DNA of 64,000 nucleotides from Octopus vulgaris (lineage: Eukaryota): positions 98,456,001-98,520,000 of the forward strand of contig OX597824.1 in NCBI GenBank assembly GCA_951406725.2, read 5' to 3'. The translations under genes were made by a program, and so were the position numbers. Under the pieces are notes generated by a model. That model did no database searches. It was not told where the DNA came from and was given only the letters and a program-made list of their open reading frames with translations. This document shows, piece by piece, positions 38,040 to 50,845 of this stretch. Each line of letters starts with the position of its first letter. Within the stretch, counting starts at the first letter, position 1.

Positions 38040-38789
38040 TATATATATATACACCCACATATAAGAACACACATTACACACCCATTCCAATACGTGTAAT
38101 ATATTGATTGTTTTTGATTTCATATACTTTGAAACTCAATACTTTTGTATTGAGTGCTTTCGTCCGAAAATGATACCACACACCCGAATACCCCGCTCCC
38201 CCACACACATACAAGCACGCACACACACAAGGACACACACATACAAGGACACACAGACACACACACACATTATTTCCCATATTCATATCCAACAGTAATG
38301 TTCGCCATCTTCCTCTCACACCACATGATTAATGTAAAGTCAGATGTTAATTAATATTTATAGCCACACACCTCCGCCACCTCCACCACCATCACTACCA
38401 CCAACAACAACAACTGGTATTTCACACATGTCTGACTATATTGCCATCATCGTCGGTCATTTCTCAGCCTCTTTGCCAATCCAGAAACGCCATTATTCTT
38501 CTCCCTTCATTAAATCGCCAATGTTTGTCTTAGAGTCACGTTTTTCCTTTTACACTTTCGCAATGACTTCACACCGACTTTCTTTTGAAATTACTGCCTG
38601 CCAATGTTTGCCGGGCCGATGGTGGCGCTAGTGGTGGTGGTGGTGGCGGCGGCGGCGGCGGTGACAGCAGCAGCGGCGGTGGTGGTGGTGGGGTGGTGGT
38701 GGTGGTGAAGAATTCTAGCTGTTGTTCTGGTTGTGAGAGTTGTTGCTATTTATTGTTGTTGTTGTTGCTGTTGCTGTTGCTGCTTTGTT

Positions 38790-39154
38790 TGTTGAGCGAA
38801 GCGGTCTTCATCCCAGTGGGAGAAGTCCGAAACGTGGTCCTTTGCTATTCGTAAGACCCGCAGAAGAGAAAGCAGGTCAACCCCCGACACCGAAAGCATC
38901 GACGGATGGATGAATGCGCATCCAGGCTCAGCGGTTGCGTAGGACGTCGGGGACAAGAAACAGGAAGAAAGAGTGAGAGAAAGTTGGGGCGAAAGAGTAC
39001 AACAGGGGTCGCCACCCACCCCCCGTGTCGGGGCCTCGTGGAGCTTTAGGTGTTTTCGCTCAATAAACGCACAAAACGCCGGGTCTGGGAATCGAAACCA
39101 CGATCCTCCGACCGCGTGTCCGCTGCTCTAACCACTGGGCCATTGCACCTCCAC
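38790..39154 (-). mobile_element. tRNA-derived SINE (probably OR-type)
   Basis: Same head and body as 12560-12779. Confidence 0.85.
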
Positions 39155-39364
39155 TGCTGTTGCTGCTGCTGCTGCGACTGATAATGTTGCTGTTTTTGTT
39201 AGTTCAGTCATTCGTTACCCAGTTGTTTATTTTTTAAGACTGGGGTAAGATGGCTTCATTAGGCAAAGATTGTTGGTAGGGCAAGTGCCACTCTATCATG
39301 TTCCATTCTTATATACATACATGCACACTCACACGCGCACGGAAACATATATACATACATATAT

Positions 39365-39467
<103 letters not shown>

Positions 39468-39480
39468 TAGAGAGAGAGAG

Positions 39481-39659
39481 AGTTTTCGAACAAAACAAAA
39501 GACGAAGACAAGTGTTGTAGACAACGAACAGATGTATTAGTATAACGCTCAGAAAGTGAAAAAGTCTTTAACGTTTCGAGTCTACGCTCTTCCACAGAAA
39601 GGAACACAGAAAGAAACAAGGAGAGAAAATAAAGAATGTGTAGTGGCTAGCGATCTATC

Positions 39660-39660
<1 letters not shown>
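39481..39660 (-). mobile_element. Small Penelope-pLTR-like element with hammerhead-like motif
   Basis: Minus strand 39566-39601 cttt-CTGTGGA-a-gag(cgtaga)ctc-GAAAC-GTT-aaag; flanked by microsatellites. Confidence 0.5.
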
Positions 39661-39707
<47 letters not shown>

Positions 39708-40261
39708 GAACATGCATGATAATCGGCATAGTGACAACAGGGTCAATATATATATATATAACTTTATATATTGCTTTATATATTATATACACATGGTTAA
39801 TAGACTCGTGGGGAAAAGCTCACGAAATCTTTATAGGATCGATCGCTTGAGTGAACTTTTGCGGGTATCGAAACCTTGTCTGTCGTAGCTTCAGCAGGTT
39901 TACAATATGCAATGCCTTCGTGAAAACAATAAAGATCGCAGGTGAATGGGTGTGAGGCGTCCGTTCGATAAATGAATTAAAACTTGAGTGAGAGAAGCGG
40001 GATTGGCCAAAGGTAACCGACCAATCCTGAGCATTCGCCTCTACACAGTAAATTACACAAGGAGCGCGCACTCGTCCTTGTTGGCGTCCACTACCTTGAC
40101 TGGCCCTTAATGGCGGTACTTCTGTTGGTGGTGCCTCTATTCAGATATCGTATTACATTCCTGTTTTAAATTGCTGTATAAAGCCCACAGGTTTTGTAAT
40201 TTCTCACCTAAATTTGTTGTCCTCGTGGCAAATAGAAATTATTATCGCAGCCATTGTCGTC

Positions 40262-40460
40262 GACAGGCGTCGAGTTGGCAGAATCCTTGGCACGCCGGAC
40301 AAAATACTTTGCAACATTTCTTCCGACTCTTTATCTTCTGAGTTCAAATGCCGCTGAGGTCAACTTTGCCTTTCATCCTTTCGGAGTCGATGCAATCCAC
40401 TTGGCTTCTTCTATGCCTAAATTTCAGGCCTTGTTTCTTTAGTAGAAAAAAAGTATTATT
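40262..40460 (+). mobile_element. Meta/MESC-like tRNA SINE
   Basis: ggcgtcgagttggcagaatc..ctgagttcaaatgccgctgaggtcaactttgcctttcatcctttcgg. Confidence 0.8.
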
Positions 40461-40469
40461 AATAAAACT

Positions 40470-40900
40470 ATTAATACAATATTACTTAGCAAGAATGTTG
40501 TCTTGAAGTTTGGGGACAACATATCTCCGCAAATCTCAAGAATATTTCTAAGAATTCTTGCAGAATACTGGATCGTAGAGCGACGATGCAATCCTCAGTT
40601 CCAGTTTCTTTCAACCTCTTACGTAGCAGTTTAAGTGTTGCGCCAAATAAACCAACAACCACAGAAATAATTGTTGCCTTAGACTTCCACAATCTCTAAT
40701 GACTGACAATTTTGTGGATATCCACCTTGTTATCATATTTAACTTTATGATATTACACCGTTTGTATTGTTTATTTTATATTGATTCTGTTCTCTACGAC
40801 CAAGTTTCGCTGCTTCAACAGTTTGGACAATCTTTGTATTATTTGCACGAAAGAAAGCACAGCACATTCGTGGGACACTTGTTGCTTTTGCGTTGCTAAT
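40470..40900 (-). mobile_element. Degraded RLE LINE 3' end
   Basis: RLWKSKATIISVVVGLFGA.. resembles the C-terminus of the Dong-like copies. Confidence 0.55.
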
Positions 40901-42469
40901 TCTTTACTTATTAAAGAGAAAAGATAATATTTTTATGCTCGGTGTGGGTTGTCTGTGTGTCTAGGAACGGCACCGTACTAGATATGTGAATAATACTTGA
41001 AACTCTAACGGAGGAGTTAGTTGAGAGGCAGGAGCTAACGGAGGCTGAATTATTCCCTGAGTTTCAAGAAAATGGACGGGTTTTCCTTTTTCTTTTCTGT
41101 TTTTTTTCTATGGGGCCCGGAAGTTTTGCTTGAGAAGCAGGGGGAGTGTCTCAGATATGGAATATTGTATAAACCGCTGTGAACCTTAGCTGAGCTTGGT
41201 CAAGTCTGGTGAAGAGACGATGAAAACATGAAATATTCCTTGTTTTGCTGAGGAAGTCTTTTAGTGTTTGTGAAACAGAGTTAACACTTTGTGATATATG
41301 TCATCCCTATGAGAGAGAGAGAGAGAGAGGTAGAGAGAGAGAGAGGAAGAGAGAGAGAGAGAGAGAAGGGGAGCGGGAGAAAGAGAGATTGTCAGACTGA
41401 ATGTTTGTAGAAAGTGATGGCGTTTTAGTGTTGTGTCCATGATGCGCTGGTAACATTGATCTGTTATACTTGGTATGTTGAAATAATAAAAATATACTTA
41501 CCTGGTTTTATTTCTCTGTAGACGTCTTGTTTATAGATTTAGCACAATTCCTTCTCGAGCAGATGTTTTTAATTACAACATTTATGTACTGAAAATATTT
41601 CTATGTTCGTCTTGTTCTGTTTATAGACAACGTAAATAAACAACAGTTACGTGTTTGAAACAGTCAGGATTTATAGCAAACAACCAAATCAAGAAAAAAC
41701 AGCAAAAACAAGACTTTTGCTCTATTTTCCAGAAACAACAGCCAAATTTCCCTCATATCACAGCCAATTGTCTTAAAAGGAAATGGGATTAAATAACATT
41801 TGAATAGGGTAGTCCTCGATATACGTTGCCTAAAAATGACAATAGTGTACGGTCTGAATGATTTTCATTGCGTGCCACAGTTGGATTATTCTCTGTGAAA
41901 TAGAACAATTGCAAGAACAACAAGGACAAAAAATTATGTGAAACAAATAAAAACCAGAAAGAAAAAAAACACCTCGTAAGCAAATACACAATAATTAAAA
42001 TTAATAGAGCAAAAATTATCGTGGGATTAAGAAAGAAAAATTTTGAAATGAGATTAACTTGAAAAGACACTGACATTAGAAAAAACTAACGGAAAAATAA
42101 CAGCGCCCTCTTGTGATCATTTAAAGCAAACAACAAGAAGTGGAAGAAAGAAAAAAAACCTTTATCGTTAAAAGAGAAAAAAAAGGCAAAGCTGCAGTTT
42201 AACAGGAATTCTTTCAAGTATTTTTCAGATAAAATCTTTCGGAAAAGAATCTCTTTGAGAAAAAATGGAAGAAAAACCTAAACGGATTGCCACCAAAACA
42301 ATAGAACAGAATATGACAGACGAAGGAAGGAATATCATAATTACTCATTTTTACAAGGTTGACAGTAATTTCAAAGTTTCAGGTTAAACGCAGTCATCAG
42401 ACAATGCTTCAGTTTGGTTTTCAAAGCCTTGTCTATAGAACTTTTAGTGAGTGAAGCAATGTGTGTGTG

Positions 42470-42800
42470 AAAATTAGGTGTGACGTAAGTTCGTTGGTAG
42501 AAAGTAGAAGTGGTTGCGTAAGAAGAAGAATAAAGTAGGACAGGACGAAAATAGTGTCTGGATGAAGAGGAAGGGATGGTTTGACAGGGGTTTGTTAATT
42601 TTCTGTTTTGATTGGGGTTTATTAGTTTTGGGGTTTAATGAAGCATGGACGTAAAGGAAGGTGTTAGATGTAAACTTGTATAGGAGTTTCAGTGGCATGC
42701 ATCTTATTCAGGTCACAGTTTGTGTTAGTTGAAGATCTTCCTATGGCCTAATCGAGGTTCTTTGCATAAAGGATGGTGTTGCGCAAGTTTAGGGTTCATA
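42470..42800 (-). mobile_element. Possible degraded Penelope-like RT fragment
   Basis: PKTNKP..LFSSCPT resembles the PLE motif PKIHKP..IVS.CPT; a hammerhead relic lies downstream at 42361-42404. Confidence 0.35.
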
Positions 42801-42894
42801 AAATACATTTTGATTCAAATAAAGTTCGTTTGAAATCGAACATAACTAATATAATAAATGTGAATGTCAGTGTGTCGCACTTCTTCAACTTTAA

Positions 42895-43293
42895 TCCTTT
42901 CTACTGGTAGCACAAAGACCCAAATTTTGGGGGAAGAGATTAAGTCAATTACATTGACCCCAATACGTAACTGGTGCTAATTTCATCGAACCCCGAATAG
43001 ATGAAAAGCAAAGTCGACCTCGGCGGAATACAAACTCACAGCCTAACGGCAGACAAGTGCCTATTTCTTTACTACCCACAAGGGGCTAAACATATAGTGG
43101 ACAAACAAGGACAGACAAAGGGATTAAGTCGATTACATCGACCCCAGTGTGTAACTGGTACTTAATTTATCGACCCCGAAAGGATGAAAGGCAAAGTCGA
43201 CCTCGGCGGAATTTGAACTCAGAACGTAACGGCAAACGAAATACCGCTAAGCATTTCGCCCGGCGCGCTAACGTTTCTGTCAGCTTGCTGCCT
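42895..43293 (-). mobile_element. Two tandem or nested Meta/MESC-like SINE copies
   Basis: The body gattaagtc.attacat.gaccc..gtaactggt..gtcgacctcggcggaat occurs at both ~42938 and ~43122. Confidence 0.88.
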
Positions 43294-43489
43294 TAATATA
43301 ATATAATATAATAAATGTGAATGTCAGTGTGTCGGTGTTTCAGTGTGTCACACTTTTTCGACTTTACTCCTACAGCCCAACATATCATACCATTTTGGAA
43401 TCAGGCTGACTCCGTGAGTAAATTAAAAACATTCTGGGCCGAATCCAGACCTGCAACCCTGAAACTTTGGATTGCTGTGTTTTCATTAC

Positions 43490-43990
43490 TGCGATTGTTT
43501 TCCGCGATTTGTTTTACATGATTTTTTGCGAGAATACGATCATCATTGGGATATGACTCTGGGGGAAGCAATTGCAACAAATTCTCCAAAACAAGTCAGA
43601 GATATGTTTGCAGATCTTCCCATTCGGGGTCAGTGGCTTAAAAGCTATATACTAGCTTAAATATGATTTATATCTCAAGGTATTATATGATATATATCTC
43701 AATGCACGCTTATGCGTAGATACGCGAAAATGTTACTCTGTAGGAAGCACAGATTAGCATTAAATTTGATATCAGCCGAAACAGCATTAATTTGACTTCC
43801 AGTATGAGAATATTCAGGCTGAATGTGTCAGAAGCCAGAATGGAAGAAATTATTTGGAAAAAAAAACCAGTCTTAATAAAACTCTGAAGGTAAATGTTGC
43901 TTCATTTTGTAATGTATAGATGCAGGTTAAACTGTGTTTAACCATAATTACTCAAAGAACCAGATCGAACTGGTTCTTACTGGATGGATG
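43490..43990 (+). mobile_element. Helitron Rep-helicase remnant
   Basis: FLREYDHHWDMTLGEAIATNSPKQVRDMFA matches the RepHel linker motif GLLEDD.HW..TL.EA....P.Q.R.LFA. Downstream traces are weak. Confidence 0.6.
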
Positions 43991-44253
43991 AGAAATATTT
44001 GCAATATATCAGACCCAATGCCTACAATTACATGGGTATATACCTATGTACATACTCGCATGCATGCGGACAAAATACATACATATACTCTCATATAGAT
44101 ACATAAATATAATATACATATGTATATGCATAATTACACATATACACACATATATATTGGCATATATATATGCATATATGTGCGTATGTGTTTTCATAAA
44201 CATATATCTATATACATATACATATGTATGTATTTGCATATAGATATATGTGC

Positions 44254-44291
<38 letters not shown>

Positions 44292-45169
44292 ATATGGGGG
44301 GAGTGTATGTATGTATATGCATGCATGTGAATATGTATATTAGTCTAAGGTAATATATTGGTGATATGAAAAATAATCGATGCTGGGAAGCCATTGACGA
44401 AGACCAGCCGGGATCTGAAGACCTGAAAGGGAAGAATCCATTAATAGTCCACAGAGGATTGCTGTGATCTACACACAGAGACATCTATTAACAACAACAG
44501 CAGAAAGAACGGGAAATAACGGTTCTATATCACTTAGAATGGTAAGATAAAATAACAGAAGCAGAGAGAATCAACAAACAGACCTGAATAGAAGCTAATA
44601 AACCTTCAAAGAAAAATTAAAAACCACCAAGCGAAGAAATAAAAAAAAAAACAACCACCGAAGGTGGAGATACCAATGGCGGTTTCTCGCTGATGACTTT
44701 TAACTCGCTTTTTTTTTTATATATTTATTCTGAATCGGTCGAAAGGAGAATAAGCGATAGGAAATTTAGATTTAATCCTAGAATAGTCTACAGAGGGATT
44801 ATGGAACAGAGAAGAGGTATTTTAGAAGCTTTCTCCTAGAAAGAAATAGTTTCTTATTTTAAAATTTCTTTTCCAGGTAAATCCGGAATAAGAAGCCAGT
44901 GTTTGAGTTGCGTTAGTATTATGTTAAGACTAAACCTGAGTTATTGTTGTATAAAGAACGATATGTTAGGAAAGTAAAAAAGGCTGAAATGTCGTGGCAA
45001 GAACCACGTCTGTTAGAAACATATCGGTTGGCAGAGAAGGTTAACCTTTTACCGACATTATCTCATTAACTTGTTCCAACAAACAATTTCGAAGAGGAGA
45101 AATCGATATATCAAGTTGGTTGATATTAAACGGAGACAGAGAAGGAAAACCGCAATGAAACTAGCTTCT

Positions 45170-45271
<102 letters not shown>

Positions 45272-45395
45272 ACCGGTCGATTGAAAATCAGACTTTCATA
45301 CACACATACGCGCACAAAACACATATATCCGTTTGCGTACATACATAAACACACACACATATATATATATCCGTGTGTGTATGTATATATAATAT

Positions 45396-45427
<32 letters not shown>

Positions 45428-45514
45428 TATATTATATTATATATGTATATATATACAATTATGTATCTATATTCGCATATACACACATGTGCGCGGGCGT
45501 ATATATATATACTC

Positions 45515-45745
45515 TTTTACTGTTTCACTTGTTTCAGTCATATGACTGTGATCATGTTGGAGCACCGCCTTTAGACGAGCAAATCGACCCCGGGACTTAT
45601 TCTTTGTAAGCCTAGTACTTTTTCTATCGGTCTTGTTTGCTGAACCGCTAGGTTACGGGGACGTAAACATACCAGTATCGGTTGTCCAGCGATATTGGGG
45701 GACAAACACAGACACACAAACATATACACACACACACACACACAC

Positions 45746-45822
<77 letters not shown>

Positions 45823-45983
45823 CGACGAGCTTCTTTCAGCTTCTGCCTACCAAATCCACTCACAAGTCTTTGGTCGGCCCGAGGCTATAGTAGAAGACAC
45901 GTGCCCAAGGTGTCACGCAGTGGGATTGAACCCGGAACCATGTTGTTCGTAAGCAAGCTACTTATCACACAGCCACTCCTACA

Positions 45984-45985
<2 letters not shown>
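45515..45985 (-). mobile_element. Near full-length CORE-like tRNA SINE with internal (TA)/(TG) array
   Basis: Minus strand ggtgtaggagtggctgtgtgataagtagcttgc..ggttccgggttcaatcccactgcgtgacaccttgggcacgtgtcttctactatagcc..tgactgaaacaagt. Confidence 0.88.
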
Positions 45986-46066
<81 letters not shown>

Positions 46067-46926
46067 ATACTTATACACACACATATGTGAGTGTGTGTAT
46101 GTTTGTGCGTGTGTGTGGGGTGGGGGTGTTGTACACATCTAGCTTCGCCCTATTTTCCTAAGACTTCCAAATCAGTCTCTATTCTGTGATTCTCCCTAAA
46201 CGAGAAATTACACTCAGAAAGGAACCATGTCCAGGTTAAGTAAACCCTATTTTTCACCGTAATAATTGAGGAACGGAATGGTTTGGCTGGAGAGAGATAT
46301 AGATTTCCTTGTGTCGTCTGGTCTTCATCAATCTGAAGATGCTCGATAAAATACGAGAAAAGAAAACTACTAGGCGCAGTCGTTTACACTATTTTCCCTA
46401 TTTTCTTTCAATATCTTTTCCCATATTCTTCTCTATATATCTTCGTTTTGTCCGTTTGTTTCTAAATTTTTACTTAGCTTCACTATTACCCCAATTGCCA
46501 CCAACTCCTTTTTGACCATTCTTTTAACTCCCAACCGCTGCTCTTCATTTTCGTTTCCTGTTAATTGTCATGTCAACGATTCATTCTTGTATTATTATCC
46601 GTTTATTTCGACTCTGAAATGTCACAGGTTTTAAACATCAATCAACTGCTTATCTGCTGCTATATTCCTTTTCAGTTTTTCCACAGCATTCCTTGACCAT
46701 TCGGATACCCACCCACCCTCCTTCATTCTCTCCTATCAAAACAATTCATTTCTTCTTCTTCTTCTTCTTCTTCTTCTTCTTCTTCTTCTTCTTCTTCTTC
46801 TTCTTCTTCTTCTTCTTCTTCTTCTTCTTCTTCTTCTTCTTCTTCTTCTTCTTCTTCTTCTTCTTCTTCTTCTTCTTCTTCTTGCTACTACCTTGTTACT
46901 CACTCCTTTTCCTGAAGAGTGCTCTA

Positions 46927-48866
46927 CTTAACTTAGAATAACTTAGAAAGGTTTTGGCCAGTATTGGCCCAGGCCATGTCTAACTTAATAGCACCACCTG
47001 GCGAAGTCTTTTAGTTCAGGATTTGGGCACCAAGGCCCATTCGAGCAGAGAGTTATTGTTTGCGGAGACATATCCGGGTGTGGGTGGTTTGTCCGGTACT
47101 GTTTGAAGGAATTTGTCCAAAGACTTCTTGAATTTTGTGTGGTCAGTTTCCTTTTTGACATGTCCTGGTGTAATGTTGAAGAGCGCGGGTCCAATTGAGG
47201 TGAAATAGTTGTGCCGTATTGTCGTTATGTGATGCGATTTATATTTTTGTTGTGAACGGATGGCACGTGGTCCAAGCCTTGGATGCATTTTGAAGGTGAT
47301 GCCAACATCATTCGGACAGTGCTGATGGAATATTTTCCACATCATACAGATAATGTAGCGTTCGCGGCGTCGTTGGAGTGAATACAGTTTCAGCTTCTCT
47401 AGTCTACCCCAGTAGTCAAGGTCTGACATGCCATCTATCGTTTTTGTAATTGACCTTTGGGGAGCTTCAATTCTCATAATATTTTGTTTTTTGGAGGGAG
47501 ACCACAGTGGACAGCAGTATTCAAGGTGGGGTCGGGCAAAAGTGGAGAAGATAAGGATAATAGCGTGGGAATCTCTCGACTGGAAGGTTCTGAGAATCCA
47601 GGAACACATTCTGCGGGCCATGTCAACTTTGCTGCTTATATGTGTAGCCCAGCTTATGTTGTTGTCCACTGTTACTCCCAGGTCTCTGATGTTGTTGGAT
47701 GCCATGAGAATTTCTCCAGAAGGAAGAGAGTATGGGAGTTTCAGAGCGTCCTCCCTTCCAAAGTGGATCAGTTCGAATTTGTCTTCATTTAGCAACATGT
47801 TATTCTTTTCCGCCCATTGGACAACAGCCAGTAGGTCTGACTGAAGGCTTATTCGGTCATCCACGCCATTGATGACCTTCTGGAGCTTGGAATCATCAAC
47901 GAAGGTTCTGATGTTACTGTGTTTGATGGTGTCAGTAATATCATTTATGTAGATGATGAAGAGAAGTGGGCCCAACACAGTGCCTTGTGGGACACCACTG
48001 CTGACTTTGGCTGAGCTGGATTTGACTCCTTCGACTACAACATGTTGGGTTCTGTTAGACAGGAAGCACTTGATCCACTGCAGCAGCTTTCCAGTGACAC
48101 CAATATTGGACAGCTTTCTCAGAAGGATCTTATGATCAACCCTGTCAAAGGCCTTGCTGATATCAAAGTAGATGACATCAGTGTTGGAACCCTCTCCCAA
48201 GGCTCTTAAAATGTCATCAAAATGATGCAGTAGCTGCGTCAGGCAATCTCTCCCATTACAGAATCCATGCTGGTTGGAGTTCAGCATATTATGACTCTCA
48301 AGGAAGTGAGTCATACGCGATCTCAGCACTCTCTCAAATACCTTAATGATATGAGAGGTGAGTGAGATTGGACGGTAATTCACGGCAAGCAATTTGTTTC
48401 CTTTTTTGAAAACTGGGACAACAGTCTGGAATAGAAGGTCTTCTGGTATATATCCAGCATCCAGTGAGTTCCGCCACAGATTGGCTAGAGGGGGTGCAAG
48501 TTGGTTTTGACACATCTTCAGGACACAAGCAGGGAACCTATCGGGACCTACTGCTGAATTATGCTTCATTTCCTTTATTGCTGCTAAGACATCAGGAGCG
48601 CCAAAGGTTATGTCCGATAAAGTGTATTGAGGAGTAACATCACTGATACAGCCCAGATCAGTCATATCAGGATTGCTGAAAACAGAGCAATATTGTTTCT
48701 GTAATATCTCTCCCATGGTTTTGGCATTGTCTTGAAGAGTACCATTTTCATCAATCAGAGGGCCAACAGTAGAACCAGTGACTCTGTGTTTCTTTGCAAA
48801 TGAAAAGAACACTTTGGGATTGAGTTTGATCTTCTCTATGGCCCAGGCCTCTTCAGCTCTTCGCTT
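46927..48866 (-). mobile_element. CR1/L2-group LINE, 5'-truncated, young
   Basis: Uninterrupted RT frame, a short 3' UTR and a tandem 3' tail (ttctaagtta)x2 at ~46929-46949. Confidence 0.93.
47016..48812 (-). CDS. LINE reverse transcriptase (ORF2, N-terminally truncated)
   Basis: 598 aa: NYRPISLTS, QHGF, YFDISKAFDRVDH, SGVPQGTVLGPLLF, FVDD, RPHLEY, LQRRRERY. Confidence 0.85.
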   Translation of the reverse strand: MFFSFAKKHRVTGSTVGPLIDENGTLQDNAKTMGEILQKQYCSVFSNPDMTDLGCISDVTPQYTLSDITFGAPDVLAAIKEMKHNSAVGPDRFPACVLKMCQNQLAPPLANLWRNSLDAGYIPEDLLFQTVVPVFKKGNKLLAVNYRPISLTSHIIKVFERVLRSRMTHFLESHNMLNSNQHGFCNGRDCLTQLLHHFDDILRALGEGSNTDVIYFDISKAFDRVDHKILLRKLSNIGVTGKLLQWIKCFLSNRTQHVVVEGVKSSSAKVSSGVPQGTVLGPLLFIIYINDITDTIKHSNIRTFVDDSKLQKVINGVDDRISLQSDLLAVVQWAEKNNMLLNEDKFELIHFGREDALKLPYSLPSGEILMASNNIRDLGVTVDNNISWATHISSKVDMARRMCSWILRTFQSRDSHAIILIFSTFARPHLEYCCPLWSPSKKQNIMRIEAPQRSITKTIDGMSDLDYWGRLEKLKLYSLQRRRERYIICMMWKIFHQHCPNDVGITFKMHPRLGPRAIRSQQKYKSHHITTIRHNYFTSIGPALFNITPGHVKKETDHTKFKKSLDKFLQTVPDKPPTPGYVSANNNSLLEWALVPKS

Positions 48867-49379
48867 TAAAACTGATGTAATATTTACATTGTTTAATTAA
48901 ATGAAGTAGCATGAAACGATTGTACTACACTACCTTTGAATATCCTTGTTGCTTATTTTGATTATATATATATATATATATATATATACAGGTGAGCACA
49001 TAAATACAAACAAGGTGGAAAAAATATTGCTCTAATACCAAAGTAGAGTAATATACTTTTTTTTATTAAAGCTGGAAAATTATCACAGAGCATTCAGAGT
49101 TTCACGTTCCTGTTCGTTATTTTCCTCGATCGGGCGATGTACCAACGCAAATGAGTCAACGTTGCATCAAACTATTGCATTATAAGTTTGTTCAGAGTTG
49201 CCTCTCTTAGGTGCATAACATTGATGTCTGGGATTCCTGATAGATGGCGACACTGAGCAAACTTGGTGTCTTTACATATTTTTACCATAAGAGAGATATT
49301 TCCTTCGCAGTAACTGATGTGAATTTGCCTTTTAGCAGTTGAAATATCGCAAACATATTTTAACTAACTTAAATTTTGC

Positions 49380-49417
<38 letters not shown>

Positions 49418-49869
49418 CTTAATTTAGCATAATTTAACTTAATTTAATATTATATAATAGTGTCAAGTTCTTATATTAATTTCTTTACTCTCCTACCTAC
49501 TAATAGTTAACCTTGGATTACTTGTTTTTAGTTTTATACATTTATATATTTTTGCTTACTTTGTTGTTTATGTTATCGGTCATCCATTGACCAACCATAA
49601 AAAAGTCATGGCCTTTCGAAACAAGAGATGACCAATTAGACTGTGGGACTGACCATAACCCCCTCCCTACTTCCCGCAGGGTTTCAGCAACTCGATAAAC
49701 AAAAAGTAACGGAAAATAATAAAGTATCTTGATTAATACCAGGGATTTTATTACTTTTAGTACCGACGAATATCACAAGTATTAATATAAACTCTAAACC
49801 ACATATTGTGAACCTTTATCTCAAGCCCTCAATAGAAAACATATCGCATCTACCGATGAGACAACGATG

Positions 49870-50488
49870 TTGCAGCTAGGACACTCTATAAGTCGGGAGG
49901 ATAATCCCGAGGACAAAGAAATAAAAATCCACAATATGGTAGAAGGCATAGCCACTCATAATACAAAAGAATACTGGTGGAATGTCCCAGGGAAGACCTC
50001 AAAATGTAAGTAAGCACAACAGACCTGATATAATGATTTGGTATAGAGAAGAAAAAACTGTGCACAGTTGTGGAAATTCGCTGCCCAGTGGAAAATAACA
50101 CAGAGCTGAAGATCAGGGAAAAAGAGAACACCTATGGGGAACTATTGAGAAATCTGCAGTTATTCTATCCAGATTACAAGTTCAGGTTTATACCAGTAAT
50201 TATTGGGGCACTGGGGTGTGTACCATACTGCCTAAATACCAATCTTGAGAAATTAGGCTTCTCAAAACCAGAAAGAAGAAAGCTAATTCGAACATTACAG
50301 ATCCATTCCATCACCGGAAAAGTAAAAATCTGTAAAACTTTCCAGAAGTTTATCATTTAAATATATATGAGCATGTCTAGATATAAAACTATATGCATGA
50401 GAATACATACATAAAATATACAAATCTGCACATACATACAGACATACATACATATATGCATACATACATACATACATACATACATACA

Positions 50489-50520
<32 letters not shown>

Positions 50521-50580
50521 CATACATAAGAAACCAGTCCTTTCTCTATTGGCAACAAATCTTGAAATAAAACTGAAGAC
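49870..50580 (+). mobile_element. RLE-type LINE 3' end associated with (TACA)n
   Basis: ORF 50070-50360 VEIRCP..REKENTYGEL..FIPVIIGALG; the 3' end is gaaataaaactgaag|acatacatac. Confidence 0.75.
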
Positions 50581-50733
50581 ATACATACATATATATGTGA
50601 ATGCATGTATATATTTATGTAAGTAAGATTGTATGTATGTGTATATATATATATGTGTGTGCATGTGTGAGTGTTTGTATATATTATATATTTGTGTGTT
50701 TATATATTGTGTATATATATATATATGCATATA

Positions 50734-50845
<112 letters not shown>

